A stretch of DNA of 64,000 nucleotides from Candidatus Micrarchaeia archaeon (lineage in GTDB: Archaea; Micrarchaeota; Micrarchaeia; CABMEP01). The notes under the pieces are model-generated. The model was not told where the DNA came from. It searched no databases and saw nothing but the letters and a program-made list of their open reading frames with translations. Numbering within the stretch: the stretch's first letter is position 1; every line of letters begins with the position of its first letter. Shown piece by piece: positions 19,958 through 29,833 of this stretch. Both the position numbers and the translations under genes were made by a program. Location: positions 13,567-77,566 of the forward strand of contig JAVZPM010000004.1 of the NCBI GenBank assembly GCA_038881595.1. The letters are read 5' to 3'.

Positions 19958-21220
19958 ATGGAAGGGAAAAGTAGAATGATAGAAGGAAAAACAATTGATA
20001 AAAAGATGAGAATTGGAATATTCATGCTTCTTGTTGCTTTGATTTCACTGATTTTCCTGTATGGCTGCATAGAAAAGAATGTTGAAACTGGACCGATTAT
20101 AAAGAAGAATGAAACAAATTTGAATCAGACGAATCAGACTTTGCCTGGAAACGAGACAAACCAGACAATTCCGAAAAAATGTGAAGATCTGCTTGTTGGA
20201 AAGGAAAAATGCATAATTGAAAGAGCTTATAACAATAACGATATAGAGGATTGTGAAATTCTCTCAAAAGAAGAGTTTGATCAAAAATATTATGTTGAGT
20301 GCATATCAAAGCTTTCTGAATACAACTATAGCTATTGCAATAAATTGAATGGAAGCGAAAAAGACTTATGCTTTAGAAATGCAGCAGCTAAATTCGGGGA
20401 TTCTGCATGCAATATGATACAAAATTCCACTCTAAGGAACGATTGCCTTTTAAGAGACTATGCAGAAGAATGCAAGAAATTAAACGACAGCTACCTGCTT
20501 AACATATGCAATGCAATAACAAAGAGCGATGCTTCTTTATGTGAAAAAATGGCGACACAGCTTCAAAAAGATGAATGCTATCTAAACTATTCCATAAGTC
20601 TTTCAGAAAATCGATGTGAAATGATATCTAATCTTGGGATAAAGACAGCGTGTGAAAGCATAATTTATAAAAATGTCCAATGTGGAACGATAGAAAATAT
20701 CCAAATAAAGGATTACTGTTATCAATATTACTCTGTCTACACTTCTTCATGTTCTTGGTGTAATGTTATATCTGAAATAAATTACAAAGATGACTGCTAT
20801 CAGAAATGCGCCATAAGGGCTGGAGACATGAATTTCTGTAAAGAACTATCGACAGAACAAAAAAGAGATTCATGCTATTGGGATTATGCAATAACAAGCA
20901 AGAATGTGGATGGATGTGACAAAATAAAGACAATAATGCTGAAAAAAGTATGCGTTCAGAATGTGGCAAAAGCAAACGCGATGCCATCTGAATGTGAAAT
21001 TCTGTTAAATACGTCAAGCTTGACAAGAAAAGATGTTTCTGATTGTTATCTGCAAGTTATAGCTGGAAGTAAGGTTTCATTTGAAAATTGTTTAAGAATG
21101 AATGATGGATATTATAAAGACCAATGCATATATATGGCTATAAAAAGAGAACAGCTGGCAACTGACTACTGTGCGTATATAATTGACAATTCTTTAAGGA
21201 ATGAATGCATGAAGGGATAA
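19958..21220 (+). CDS. Cysteine-rich repeat surface lipoprotein
   Basis: Hydrophobic segment ending FLYGC (lipobox-like), N-x-T/S sequons, about 31 Cys in repeated C-x~10-C units. Start uncertain. Confidence 0.75.
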   Translation: MEGKSRMIEGKTIDKKMRIGIFMLLVALISLIFLYGCIEKNVETGPIIKKNETNLNQTNQTLPGNETNQTIPKKCEDLLVGKEKCIIERAYNNNDIEDCEILSKEEFDQKYYVECISKLSEYNYSYCNKLNGSEKDLCFRNAAAKFGDSACNMIQNSTLRNDCLLRDYAEECKKLNDSYLLNICNAITKSDASLCEKMATQLQKDECYLNYSISLSENRCEMISNLGIKTACESIIYKNVQCGTIENIQIKDYCYQYYSVYTSSCSWCNVISEINYKDDCYQKCAIRAGDMNFCKELSTEQKRDSCYWDYAITSKNVDGCDKIKTIMLKKVCVQNVAKANAMPSECEILLNTSSLTRKDVSDCYLQVIAGSKVSFENCLRMNDGYYKDQCIYMAIKREQLATDYCAYIIDNSLRNECMKG

Positions 21221-21314
21221 AAGAGAAATATAAAAGTAAGAGAATAAGAAGAGAATAAAGAAACAAGAAATAAAGGAAATAAAAAATAAAGAAAATAAGA
21301 ATTTACTCTTCTAA

Positions 21315-21992
21315 TTACTCTTCTGCTTCTTCTTTTGCTTCTATTTCTTTAGCCTCTTTTTCAGACTCTTCTACTTCCTTTTTCTCTTCTGCTGTGAGGG
21401 AGGTAAGCTCAAAGTCTTCTGGCTTGTATTTGAATTCTGAATCGTCCTTAATCATTCCTTTTGCCTTCATAAGTTCTTTTGAAAGAAGATAGAAAACAAA
21501 TGGGACTGATTTCTTTCCTTTGTTATTACAAGGAATGAAGTAGTCAAGATTTTTTATTGAATTATCTGTATCTGCCAATCCTACATTCAATGTACCACTA
21601 AATGTTCCTTCTATAAGAGCCTGTTTTTCTACTCTTGGATCACAAACGAATATTACTTGTGGTTCAAAGAAATTTTCATTTGAAGGATTTGTAAATGTAC
21701 CTGGAATAAATCTTCCTAAAAATGATTTAGCACCAAATATTTCTGCAAACTTTTTCGCAGCAGGAACTGCATAAACACGAGATGCTACTACAGCTACCTT
21801 AGACATATCATACTTACTAAGGAGCTTAGCCATATTCTTTATTCTGCTATCTATCATCTCAACATTAAGCATCACAAGCTTATCTTTTCTAAATTTATAT
21901 ACAAATTTCTTCATCCATTTGCTGGATACTCTGGTTCCAATGTGAACACCAGCTTCAAGATATTTTTCTTGAAGATTTTCATTTTCAACCAT
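21315..21992 (-). CDS. rps2: 30S ribosomal protein uS2
   Basis: YLEAGVHIGT, GRFIPGTFTNP, IPCNNKG. Confidence 0.96.
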   Translation of the reverse strand: MVENENLQEKYLEAGVHIGTRVSSKWMKKFVYKFRKDKLVMLNVEMIDSRIKNMAKLLSKYDMSKVAVVASRVYAVPAAKKFAEIFGAKSFLGRFIPGTFTNPSNENFFEPQVIFVCDPRVEKQALIEGTFSGTLNVGLADTDNSIKNLDYFIPCNNKGKKSVPFVFYLLSKELMKAKGMIKDDSEFKYKPEDFELTSLTAEEKKEVEESEKEAKEIEAKEEAEE

Positions 21993-22043
21993 TTGATCAA
22001 CCTTCTAATTATAATCTCAAACTAATTAACATCATTGAGATAA

Positions 22044-22154
22044 TGGGGCCGCCGAGATTTGTTCAACCATCAGGCAGATTTTCAACCTGAAGTTCTTGAA
22101 CTCGGGTCGCCACCACCCCAAGGTGGAAGCCTAACCAGGCTAGCAGACAGCCCC
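22044..22154 (-). tRNA. tRNA-Pro(GGG) with a 37-nt T-loop intron (22059-22095, position 58/59)
   Basis: Acceptor GGGGCTG/CGGCCCC, anticodon arm CCACC-TTGGGGT-GGTGG, T-arm CCGAG-TTCAA[intron]AT-CTCGG; BHB central helix GTTC/GAAC. Confidence 0.9.
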
Positions 22155-22232
22155 GCTCTCAAGCGACCATCCAATATATAATTATTTTAATTATTTTGAT
22201 TTTATCTCAAGCTCACAAACCACCTTTTGAAT

Positions 22233-22430
22233 TTAATGACCTTTATAATGTATTACCTCATCACTAAGATCAACATACGAAATAAACATTCTTCTGCAGC
22301 AGTACTTCTTTACTCCAAGTTCATCTAAAACTGCTGCTGTATCTTTACCCTGTGATGTTTTTTCTTTGTAGGCTTCAAATAAATGACCTATTGGCTTCCC
22401 ACATGAGAAGCATCTTATTGGTGGCAACAT
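22233..22430 (-). CDS. rpoN: RNA polymerase subunit N (Rpo10)
   Basis: PIRCFSCGK...LGVKKYCCRRM. Confidence 0.97.
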   Translation of the reverse strand: MLPPIRCFSCGKPIGHLFEAYKEKTSQGKDTAAVLDELGVKKYCCRRMFISYVDLSDEVIHYKGH

Positions 22431-22531
22431 TTCATTACCTCTTTTATTAACTTCTTTATTTTTATTTATTATTTAAGTGCTATAATTTGAATATACATCA
22501 AGGAAATTTTAAAATAATCTAAATAATCTAA

Positions 22532-23077
22532 TTATCTGTATGATTTCTGGAATCTCGCTCTTGCTTTTCTTCCTTTGAACTTCTTAGGTTCTACCTGTCT
22601 TACATCGTCTATAAGCATAAATCTATCATATGCCAGCATTTCCTTCTTTAGTTGTGAATCTTTTGTATATGCAACAAGCGCCTTAGCAATTGCAGATCTT
22701 ACTGCCTGCGCTTGACCCATCTGTCCTCCACCGTATACATTAACATCAATATCTACTTGTGAAATATAATCATTTGCAATCTTAAGTGGTTCAGAAATTA
22801 ATGTTTTAACATAAGGATTATCTATCGCATTCAAATTCATCTTATTTATTCTAACTATTCCTTTACCAGGTTTTATAGTAGATCTTGCAATTGCCATTTT
22901 TCTTCTTGCTGATACCACTATTTGTTTTTTAGAAGTTCTTTTCTTTACTTTTGAATCTTGTTTTGACTCTTTTTCTTCCACACTCTGCTCTAAATTCTCT
23001 TTCTCTAATTTCTCAGAAGATTCAATTTTTTCAACATCAGCCGCTTCTGCGGTTTTAGTAGTTTTACGCTTTGCCAT
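22532..23077 (-). CDS. rps9: 30S ribosomal protein uS9 with N-terminal extension
   Basis: GGGQMGQAQAVR, DVRQVEPKK, ARARFQKSYR. Confidence 0.96.
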   Translation of the reverse strand: MAKRKTTKTAEAADVEKIESSEKLEKENLEQSVEEKESKQDSKVKKRTSKKQIVVSARRKMAIARSTIKPGKGIVRINKMNLNAIDNPYVKTLISEPLKIANDYISQVDIDVNVYGGGQMGQAQAVRSAIAKALVAYTKDSQLKKEMLAYDRFMLIDDVRQVEPKKFKGRKARARFQKSYR

Positions 23078-23486
23078 ACCAACCCAACTCTCTTGATAAT
23101 TGACCTATAGAAATATAATTTCTTGGAATGTTTCTCTTAACTTCAATTGCCTCTCCAAGTTTTGAGGCAAATTCTTCTGGAACTCCCATGTAAACTCTTA
23201 TTCTTTTATATGCTTGCCTTCCAGTTGCTTTATCATATGGAAGCATTCCTCTTATTATCCTTCTTACAAGCATATCTGGCCTTCTTGGCCACTTTGGAGA
23301 CTTTTCTGGATCTGCTTTATTCTTAAGACTTCTTCTGACTTTATATTTCTCAACAATCTGTCTTGGATTTCCAGATATGATTATCTTTTCAGCATTAACA
23401 ACTGTAACTTGCTCACCTTTTAATGCAGATTTTGCTGCGATAGCTGCCATTCTTCCAAGAATCGCTCCTTCGCCATTTATTATCAT
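23064..23486 (-). CDS. rpl13: 50S ribosomal protein uL13
   Basis: ILGRMAA, VVNAEK, RRIIRGMLP. Confidence 0.96.
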   Translation of the reverse strand: MIINGEGAILGRMAAIAAKSALKGEQVTVVNAEKIIISGNPRQIVEKYKVRRSLKNKADPEKSPKWPRRPDMLVRRIIRGMLPYDKATGRQAYKRIRVYMGVPEEFASKLGEAIEVKRNIPRNYISIGQLSRELGWYGKA

Positions 23487-23521
23487 ATTTAACACCCAAT
23501 AATCTTAAAGACAAATCTCTA

Positions 23522-23863
23522 TTACTTTATTAATATAACATCTTTCGCTCCTCTTTTGACAAGCCAATCAAAATCATGGATTTGACTTCCGCTTGCCTTG
23601 ATCTTCTTAGAAGCAACATCACTGAAAGACAATGCAACCAAATCAATCTTGTGCTTTAGTTCCCCACCTGCAAGAACTTTACCTGGAACAACTACTATGG
23701 AATTTGGTTTTGAATATCTTGAAATCTTGCTTAGATTAACACATATCTGTTTTCTTCTTGGCATCTTCAAGTACTTTGATAATACCTTAAATAAACCTCC
23801 CTTTCCTTTTGAAAGAGATTTTAACGCTCTTATTGTTTCGATTTTCTCTGGTCCTTTCATCAT
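23522..23863 (-). CDS. rpl18e: 50S ribosomal protein eL18
   Basis: PRRK..VNLSKISRY..VVVPGKVL; superoperon position. Confidence 0.94.
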   Translation of the reverse strand: MMKGPEKIETIRALKSLSKGKGGLFKVLSKYLKMPRRKQICVNLSKISRYSKPNSIVVVPGKVLAGGELKHKIDLVALSFSDVASKKIKASGSQIHDFDWLVKRGAKDVILIK

Positions 23864-23944
23864 AATCAACACCTAATAAACATCATGAAATCCATATAGA
23901 TCATTTATTTCTTAACATTTTTTTCGAACGAATCCAGGTCATCA

Positions 23945-24063
23945 TGCAGGGGGTGGGATTTCCAAAAACTTTCTTATTGAAGAAAGTTCAATTTGAACCC
24001 ACGCAGCCACTACGGCACCAACCCCTCAAGCTGGCGCATTTGACCTGGCTCTGCCACCCCTGC
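23945..24063 (-). tRNA. tRNA-Leu(GAG) with a 33-nt T-loop intron (23959-23991, position 59/60)
   Basis: Acceptor GCAGGGG/CCCCTGC, anticodon arm CCAGC-TTGAGGG-GTTGG, long variable arm, T-arm GTGGG-TTCAAA[intron]T-CCCAC; the intron forms a hairpin. Confidence 0.92.
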
Positions 24064-24095
24064 AGATTAACATAAGCTCAGAGGCATAAGCCTTT

Positions 24096-24662
24096 TCATT
24101 CCTCCAAAGAGGATTCCACATTTTCTGCGGACTCCTTTATTTTGGCAAGCGCCTTCTTGAGAATCATCTCAGCTGTCATTTGACCGTATGATTCTATCTT
24201 GAACTTGAAATCGTTACCGTTTTTTTCATATGCGATTATTCCTGGCTGGTGCCTTGCGTGCACTCTACCTGGTGCAAGAACAGCCTTGCACTCCATTCTT
24301 ATATTTTGATCATCTAATAACTTTATTATCGGCATTTTTGGATAAACTGGAACTACGTTTTTATCTGTTGATTTTAAGCTTTCTGCATATATTATTCCAG
24401 GACCTGTCACATCCAACATTAAAGTTACTTCTTCTCCTTCTTTAGCTTTTGGAGGGGATGAAAGAGGAATCAAACCAAGCCTATGTGTTATGTACTCATC
24501 AAAAAAGGATGAGTTGTTCTCGTATATCGAAACCTCTGAAATTGCAAATACAGGTACTGAATTGATTGAATACCTTCTTATAAGATTTGCAATAGATGTT
24601 GGTGCGTCACTTAAGGTAAATATCATTTCATCCGGATTGTTTAATTCAACATTGATTTTCAT
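24096..24662 (-). CDS. rpoD: RNA polymerase subunit D (Rpo3), short form
   Basis: ANLIRR..SVPVFAI, ENNSSFFDEYITHRLGLIPL, HARHQP, FKIESYG. Confidence 0.95.
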   Translation of the reverse strand: MKINVELNNPDEMIFTLSDAPTSIANLIRRYSINSVPVFAISEVSIYENNSSFFDEYITHRLGLIPLSSPPKAKEGEEVTLMLDVTGPGIIYAESLKSTDKNVVPVYPKMPIIKLLDDQNIRMECKAVLAPGRVHARHQPGIIAYEKNGNDFKFKIESYGQMTAEMILKKALAKIKESAENVESSLEE

Positions 24663-24715
24663 TCAATTCCCTCTCGATAGAATTGAAATAAGCGTATAGA
24701 TATTATACATATCGC

Positions 24716-25276
24716 TTATACTCTTCTTCCTCTTCTTCCACCTGGCCTCTTTGTTGTATCAGTTGGAACAGGTGTGACGTCCTCTATTCTCTCTATTCTT
24801 AAACCTGAACGTGCAAGTGCTCTTACTGCTGCCTGTGCTCCCGGCCCTGGTGTCTTTTCATTGTGTCCTCCTGGAGCTCTGATTTTAACTCGAATTCTTG
24901 TTATACCTTTTCTCAATGCAATTTCTGCAGCCTTTGCTGTTGCTCTCATTGCAGCGAATGGTGATCCTTCTTCTCTGTCTGCATCTACCACCATTCCACC
25001 ACTTCCTCTTGCAATTATCTCTGCACCACTTAGATCAGTTATTGTAATGATTGTATTATTTCTTGATGAATAAATATGTGCGATTCCAACCTTTCCTTGA
25101 CCGGACGGGAGAACAGACCTTGACTTAAATCTTCCCCCTCCTTTCTGCTTTCTGAACTTAAATCCTTCTTTTTTCTCTTCTTTTTCTTCGCTCTCTGTTT
25201 TTTTCTCTTCGTCTTCAATTGGTTTAACCTGTTCTTTTTCCTTCAGAACTAATTTTTCTTTTGATTCTTCTGCCAT
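24716..25276 (-). CDS. rps11: 30S ribosomal protein uS11 with N-terminal extension
   Basis: [43 protein letters not shown]. Confidence 0.97.
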   Translation of the reverse strand: MAEESKEKLVLKEKEQVKPIEDEEKKTESEEKEEKKEGFKFRKQKGGGRFKSRSVLPSGQGKVGIAHIYSSRNNTIITITDLSGAEIIARGSGGMVVDADREEGSPFAAMRATAKAAEIALRKGITRIRVKIRAPGGHNEKTPGPGAQAAVRALARSGLRIERIEDVTPVPTDTTKRPGGRRGRRV

Positions 25277-25306
25277 AAACATCAACCCTATACAAATACA
25301 TAATTA

Positions 25307-25840
25307 TTATTCAGCCTCAGCCTGTGGCTTTTGAGACTTCCATTCTGCTTTTTCAGTCAGATCTAAATTTATTGGTTTATAATAACCAACTTTAGACTGC
25401 ATATCAACAGATACTTGATAACTTGGAGATCTTACTTTTCTTCCGTTGACTGAAATGTATCCATGCGTTATCAACTGTCTTGCCTGTCTCATTGACTTTG
25501 CAAGACCATTTCTTACAACTATAGTTTGAAGTCTTCTTTCAAGTATATCTCTTGTTGTAAGTGAGAGAATATCATCTGGGACTGCAGTTGGTTTGCAGTA
25601 GCCAGCCTTTATAACTCTTTGAAGGAGCTCTTGTTTTGGCTTGTTTCCTGCCTCACCAAGAGCAAGTAAAGCCTTGTATTCATTTCTTATTTTCCTAAGC
25701 AATGATTTTGCAACCCATACTTCTCTTATATTCTTTAATCCATATTCCTCAACCATGGATCCTTCTTCTTCAATTCTCGCAGAATCCCACAACTGCTGAG
25801 GCACTTCGTATTTCTTTCTCAATTTTCTTGGATCTCCCAT
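25307..25840 (-). CDS. rps4: 30S ribosomal protein uS4
   Basis: [27 protein letters not shown]. Confidence 0.97.
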   Translation of the reverse strand: MGDPRKLRKKYEVPQQLWDSARIEEEGSMVEEYGLKNIREVWVAKSLLRKIRNEYKALLALGEAGNKPKQELLQRVIKAGYCKPTAVPDDILSLTTRDILERRLQTIVVRNGLAKSMRQARQLITHGYISVNGRKVRSPSYQVSVDMQSKVGYYKPINLDLTEKAEWKSQKPQAEAE

Positions 25841-25877
25841 AAATATCACTTCTATAAACAAACCTAATTAAATATGA

Positions 25878-26435
25878 CTACTTCTTTGCTTGAGTTGACT
25901 TGGATTCAGCTTGCTTAGCTGATCCACCTGGGAGTGTTTTTGATCTTATAACTCCCACAGTAAGTCCTTTTCTTCCAGATGTTCTTGTTCCCTGGCCTCT
26001 TACCTTCTGTCCATACGCATGTCTATATCCTCTCCAAGTGTATAATGTTTTGTGTCTTTCGATGTCATTTCTTGTTGTAAATGCTACGTCTGGACCTGCT
26101 ACATGAATATCTTTGCCTGACTCTAGATCTTTTCTTCTATTATAAAGATATGATGGTATATTATACTTTGCTGGATTTTTTATCATCTCTTCTATTTTTT
26201 CAACCTGCTCCTCACTGAGTTTTCCTATTTGAATATTCTTTGGAATGTTCATTTCTTTTGCTATTACATTTGCAAAAACATTAGACAGATTTTGTCCTAC
26301 TCCTTTAACCTGTCTAAGTGCATCTCTAAGCATTATTTGTCCTTTTACATCCTTTCCAAGGATGTGCACTATTCCTCTAAAATCCTCCGATTCCTTCGGA
26401 GTTGATTTTGGATTTTGAACATTATCTTTTACCAT
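25878..26435 (-). CDS. rps13: 30S ribosomal protein uS13
   Basis: KGVG, NRRKDLESGKD, WRGYRH..GQKVRGQGTR. Confidence 0.96.
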   Translation of the reverse strand: MVKDNVQNPKSTPKESEDFRGIVHILGKDVKGQIMLRDALRQVKGVGQNLSNVFANVIAKEMNIPKNIQIGKLSEEQVEKIEEMIKNPAKYNIPSYLYNRRKDLESGKDIHVAGPDVAFTTRNDIERHKTLYTWRGYRHAYGQKVRGQGTRTSGRKGLTVGVIRSKTLPGGSAKQAESKSTQAKK

Positions 26436-26666
26436 TCTATTCACTCTTTATACGGATTAAATATGATACCGTTTAACGCTTATTAAGTATAAGCAACATT
26501 GAAATTTAATTCTGTAAGAAGAATGAGATGCCTAAGACTAGTCTTATGCATCTTCTATACTTACATTAAATGTAGAAGTATAATATATTATCATAAACAA
26601 CTTTTTAAATATTACTATAGACCTATTCCGATTAGATATTTAAATACGTTTTATTTTCTGTTTAAG

Positions 26667-26786
26667 CGCGGAGAGTGGGATTTGAACCCACAAGGCCCTT
26701 TCGGACCACAAGCTTCCTGGCGAATACAAGCATTGCCAGATCAAACATTTCCAGGCTTGCGCACTACCAGGTTATGCGATCTCCGC
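26667..26786 (-). tRNA. tRNA-Ser(GGA) with a 34-nt canonical 37/38 intron (26715-26748)
   Basis: Acceptor GCGGAGA/TCTCCGC with G73, anticodon arm CAAGC-CTGGAA[intron]A-GCTTG, long variable arm, GTGGG-TTCAAAT-CCCAC. Confidence 0.92.
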
Positions 26787-26901
26787 ATTTAAATTTTAAT
26801 ATATAATTACAAGATAAAATTTTTATATTTTGATAGTAGAAATTTGATTTTCTCTTTTCTTTTTTATATCTCTCCTCTGATTTATTTTTATTTAAAAGAT
26901 C

Positions 26902-27870
26902 TTACTTTTTCTGCCACTTCGGATAAATTCCTCGTGGCATTATTATTCTAAGCGTTTTTGTAACTTGTTTGTTCTCTACCTCTATCAGATCTTCTGAAGA
27001 ATATAAAGAAGACGCAAAACCTATAAGTTCATCCTTAAGCGTCATAATCGCTACTGTTTCTCCTTCTTTTATTCCTTGATTAAATGCAACTACTCCAGGT
27101 TCCATAAGTTGAGCGCCAGAACATAATGGATCGACAGCATAATCTGAAACCCAGATAAATTTAATCCCAAATTTATCTAATACATCTTCTATTGGGAAAA
27201 CATATTCTCTTAAAAGCCTATCATCGTTTTCCTGTTTAAACAGCCATGAAGCCTCTGCAAGCTTATGAAGAGTTATCGAATCATTCTCAGTCAAATCCAT
27301 TACAGAAATCCTTCTTAAATCAGTCATATTTGCTCCTGCTCCCAAATACTGACCTATATCATGGACTAGCTTTCTTATGTAAGTGCCTGCCTCAACTTTG
27401 GCACGAAAGAGAATGTCTCTTCCATCCATTTCGATTATTTCTAATTCGTAGATTTTTCTCTTTCTTGGTTTTCTTGCAACTGCAGATTTTACTGGTGGAA
27501 TCTGTGTTATCTCTCCTTTAAACTTTTCAAATGAATCCTTTATCTTTTGCTCTTCAACGTTTTTATGCAGGTGCATTACTCCTATGTACTCTTTATCCTT
27601 ATTCAGATATGATGCAGCATAAACAGACGAACCAAGCAGAATTGGAAGAACACCTGATACTTCAGGATCAAGTGTTCCAGTGTGGCCTGCTTTTTTCACA
27701 CCTAGGATTTTTCGTATCTGAGCGACTGCTTGATGGCTGGTTGGACCTTTTGGCTTGTCTAAATTTATAAAACCAGTGTTCAAAAGCTGTTCGATTGTCC
27801 TCTTTCTAGGTGGAACGCCGTAGGCTGGATTTGATTTAAAATCTCTCTTTATATAAACTAATTCATCCAT
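26902..27870 (-). CDS. cbf5: RNA-guided pseudouridine synthase Cbf5 (TruB family, PUA domain)
   Basis: LDKPKGPTSHQ, GHTGTLDP, AGTYIRKL, C-terminal PUA region. Confidence 0.95.
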   Translation of the reverse strand: MDELVYIKRDFKSNPAYGVPPRKRTIEQLLNTGFINLDKPKGPTSHQAVAQIRKILGVKKAGHTGTLDPEVSGVLPILLGSSVYAASYLNKDKEYIGVMHLHKNVEEQKIKDSFEKFKGEITQIPPVKSAVARKPRKRKIYELEIIEMDGRDILFRAKVEAGTYIRKLVHDIGQYLGAGANMTDLRRISVMDLTENDSITLHKLAEASWLFKQENDDRLLREYVFPIEDVLDKFGIKFIWVSDYAVDPLCSGAQLMEPGVVAFNQGIKEGETVAIMTLKDELIGFASSLYSSEDLIEVENKQVTKTLRIIMPRGIYPKWQKK

Positions 27871-27968
27871 ACTGGCACCAAATAAAAATACCGAAAGATT
27901 GTATTAAATTAAAATAAGAATGAAAAGAAATAAAAATTAGTGCAAAATTAAAGATGAACGGTTGTGTC

Positions 27969-28181
27969 TTATTCGTTAAGAGCTGCCTTTATCTCTTCTT
28001 CTGACTTTGGATTTACTTTTTTACCCAAGGGAGAGAGATGTAGTATGTTTGCCTTTCTTGCTTGTTTCCTTTTCTTTGAAACTATCTCGACGAACTGATT
28101 ATCTAATACATTGATTACAACACATTTTTCTCCAGCATCTCTTCCTGTTTTCTTAATACAAACCATACCTTCTTCTATCAT
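27969..28181 (-). CDS. rpl14e: 50S ribosomal protein eL14
   Basis: GMVCIKKTGRDAGEKCVVI..RKANILHL. Confidence 0.9.
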   Translation of the reverse strand: MIEEGMVCIKKTGRDAGEKCVVINVLDNQFVEIVSKKRKQARKANILHLSPLGKKVNPKSEEEIKAALNE

Positions 28182-28282
28182 GATATCACCTGACTGAAAA
28201 TGTTTAATTCTATTACGAATTTTACAGATTTAATATGCTTAATTAATATGTTACAATATTATTAAACTTATCATCTTCAAAT

Positions 28283-29833
28283 TTATTCTTCGTATGTTTT
28301 TTCAATAACTGCGTTATATACTAAAGTAGTTATAGCAAGACCAAGTAGTGCACCTAATAGCGTTGCTGTTGCAAATCCTATAATCTCAACTATATTTGAA
28401 AACATAAGAGGAAGCATAACTACAGTAAGCACTCCGACGTCTCTGCTTATGATGTATTTTGCCTTTTCAAGCCTTCTTTTAGCTTCGTCTCTTCCACCAG
28501 CACTTCTTCCTAGAATCTCATCAGTTATAACTATCTGGTAGTCAACTGAGGTTCCTAATGTTCCGAATAATCCTGCGATTGTTGATAGATCAAGTGTTCC
28601 AACAGCTGCCATGAATGAAATCAATATTATCATCTGAGTGGTAGCAACAAAAACAAGAGGGAAAATATGTTCGGGATGTCTGTACCTAAAGGCAATGAAT
28701 AGAAGAACAATTACTCCTGCTACAATCATTCCTATGATACTGTAATTAAGAAACTCATTACCTAAAGAAGGTGGCACATATATTATACTTCCTAATTCAA
28801 TAGAAACTGGAAGAGCACCTCCACTGAGAATACTTTTTATCCTCTTCATCTCTGCGATTGCATATTCCTGCCTCTCTTGATACGTATCACCTTTTGCAGT
28901 TCCTTCTATGCTAAACTGCTGCGAGGTCTGTCCTGTTGCAAGTGCAGGACTAAGCGTCGGAGCTGAAAGAAGACCTATTGCGCTCCATTGATTCACTGTT
29001 ATTCCTTCAAGCCCCATGTTTATTACTTCTGGAATGAATTCAGAAGTAGGTTTTGAAATAACCTTATATGATTTATCAAATTTAGAAATTAAAACTGAAT
29101 CTTCCTGTGAAATAATTATCTTTGTCTTATTTTGAGATAAGATTAACGCAACTTGAGCCTCTACATCATCGTTTGGATCCACAAATACTACTGAATTATG
29201 ACCATATGATGCAACTGTTAAAAGCTGCTTTTTAACATCTTCTATTGGAACAGTAATGTTTTCGAGATAAATTTCTCTCATAACAATTACTGAATCCTCT
29301 GCCTTATCTAGAAATAAATAAACAGGATAGTTGGCCTTTCCATATGCAGCATTAGCAAATTTCTTAGCTCCTTCTTGGTTGACAACGAATCCCACTCCCC
29401 ATCTTATATTACTTCCGCTCACTGAAGGCATGTCTCTAATGCTTCCACTTATTATGTGCTCTCCAGTTATTGCAGTTGTTCCATCAATTATAGCTTCAAA
29501 TTTTCCTTCAGAACTGAGAATGTCCTTAACCTGTTGAATGTAGGCTTGATCAGAAGAAGCTGGAAGCTCAACATAAACCTGCTGGTCACCAACTGAGCGA
29601 ACTACAACCTGGCTTAATCCAAATTTGCTTACTCTTAGTTTTATTGTATTTACAATTTCATCCATGGTTGCCTTTGAAACTGGTTTTTCAAGAGTGATTG
29701 GAATTCTTGTTCCTCCTGTAAATTCCAATCCAAAATTAGCTCCCTTAAAATAGAGAAGCAAAAGCATAGCTGCTGTTAGCAGCATTATGAATATTACACG
29801 TTTATCTTTTAACCAGGCGAGCGAGATTTTCAT
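28283..29833 (-). CDS. secD: Protein translocase subunit SecD (archaeal type)
   Basis: FGLEFTGGTRI, LSGGALPV, GTSVDYQIVITDE; overlaps secF. Confidence 0.9.
   Translation of the reverse strand: MKISLAWLKDKRVIFIMLLTAAMLLLLYFKGANFGLEFTGGTRIPITLEKPVSKATMDEIVNTIKLRVSKFGLSQVVVRSVGDQQVYVELPASSDQAYIQQVKDILSSEGKFEAIIDGTTAITGEHIISGSIRDMPSVSGSNIRWGVGFVVNQEGAKKFANAAYGKANYPVYLFLDKAEDSVIVMREIYLENITVPIEDVKKQLLTVASYGHNSVVFVDPNDDVEAQVALILSQNKTKIIISQEDSVLISKFDKSYKVISKPTSEFIPEVINMGLEGITVNQWSAIGLLSAPTLSPALATGQTSQQFSIEGTAKGDTYQERQEYAIAEMKRIKSILSGGALPVSIELGSIIYVPPSLGNEFLNYSIIGMIVAGVIVLLFIAFRYRHPEHIFPLVFVATTQMIILISFMAAVGTLDLSTIAGLFGTLGTSVDYQIVITDEILGRSAGGRDEAKRRLEKAKYIISRDVGVLTVVMLPLMFSNIVEIIGFATATLLGALLGLAITTLVYNAVIEKTYEE

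Noticed and set aside
21221..21310. AAGAGAATA/AAGAAAATA-like iterations as a repeat array or CRISPR
   Set aside because: Low-complexity A-rich tract between convergent genes (U-rich terminator on the minus strand); no repeat-spacer structure.
26499..26792. 97-aa plus-strand ORF
   Set aside because: Overlaps tRNA-Ser on the opposite strand; spurious.
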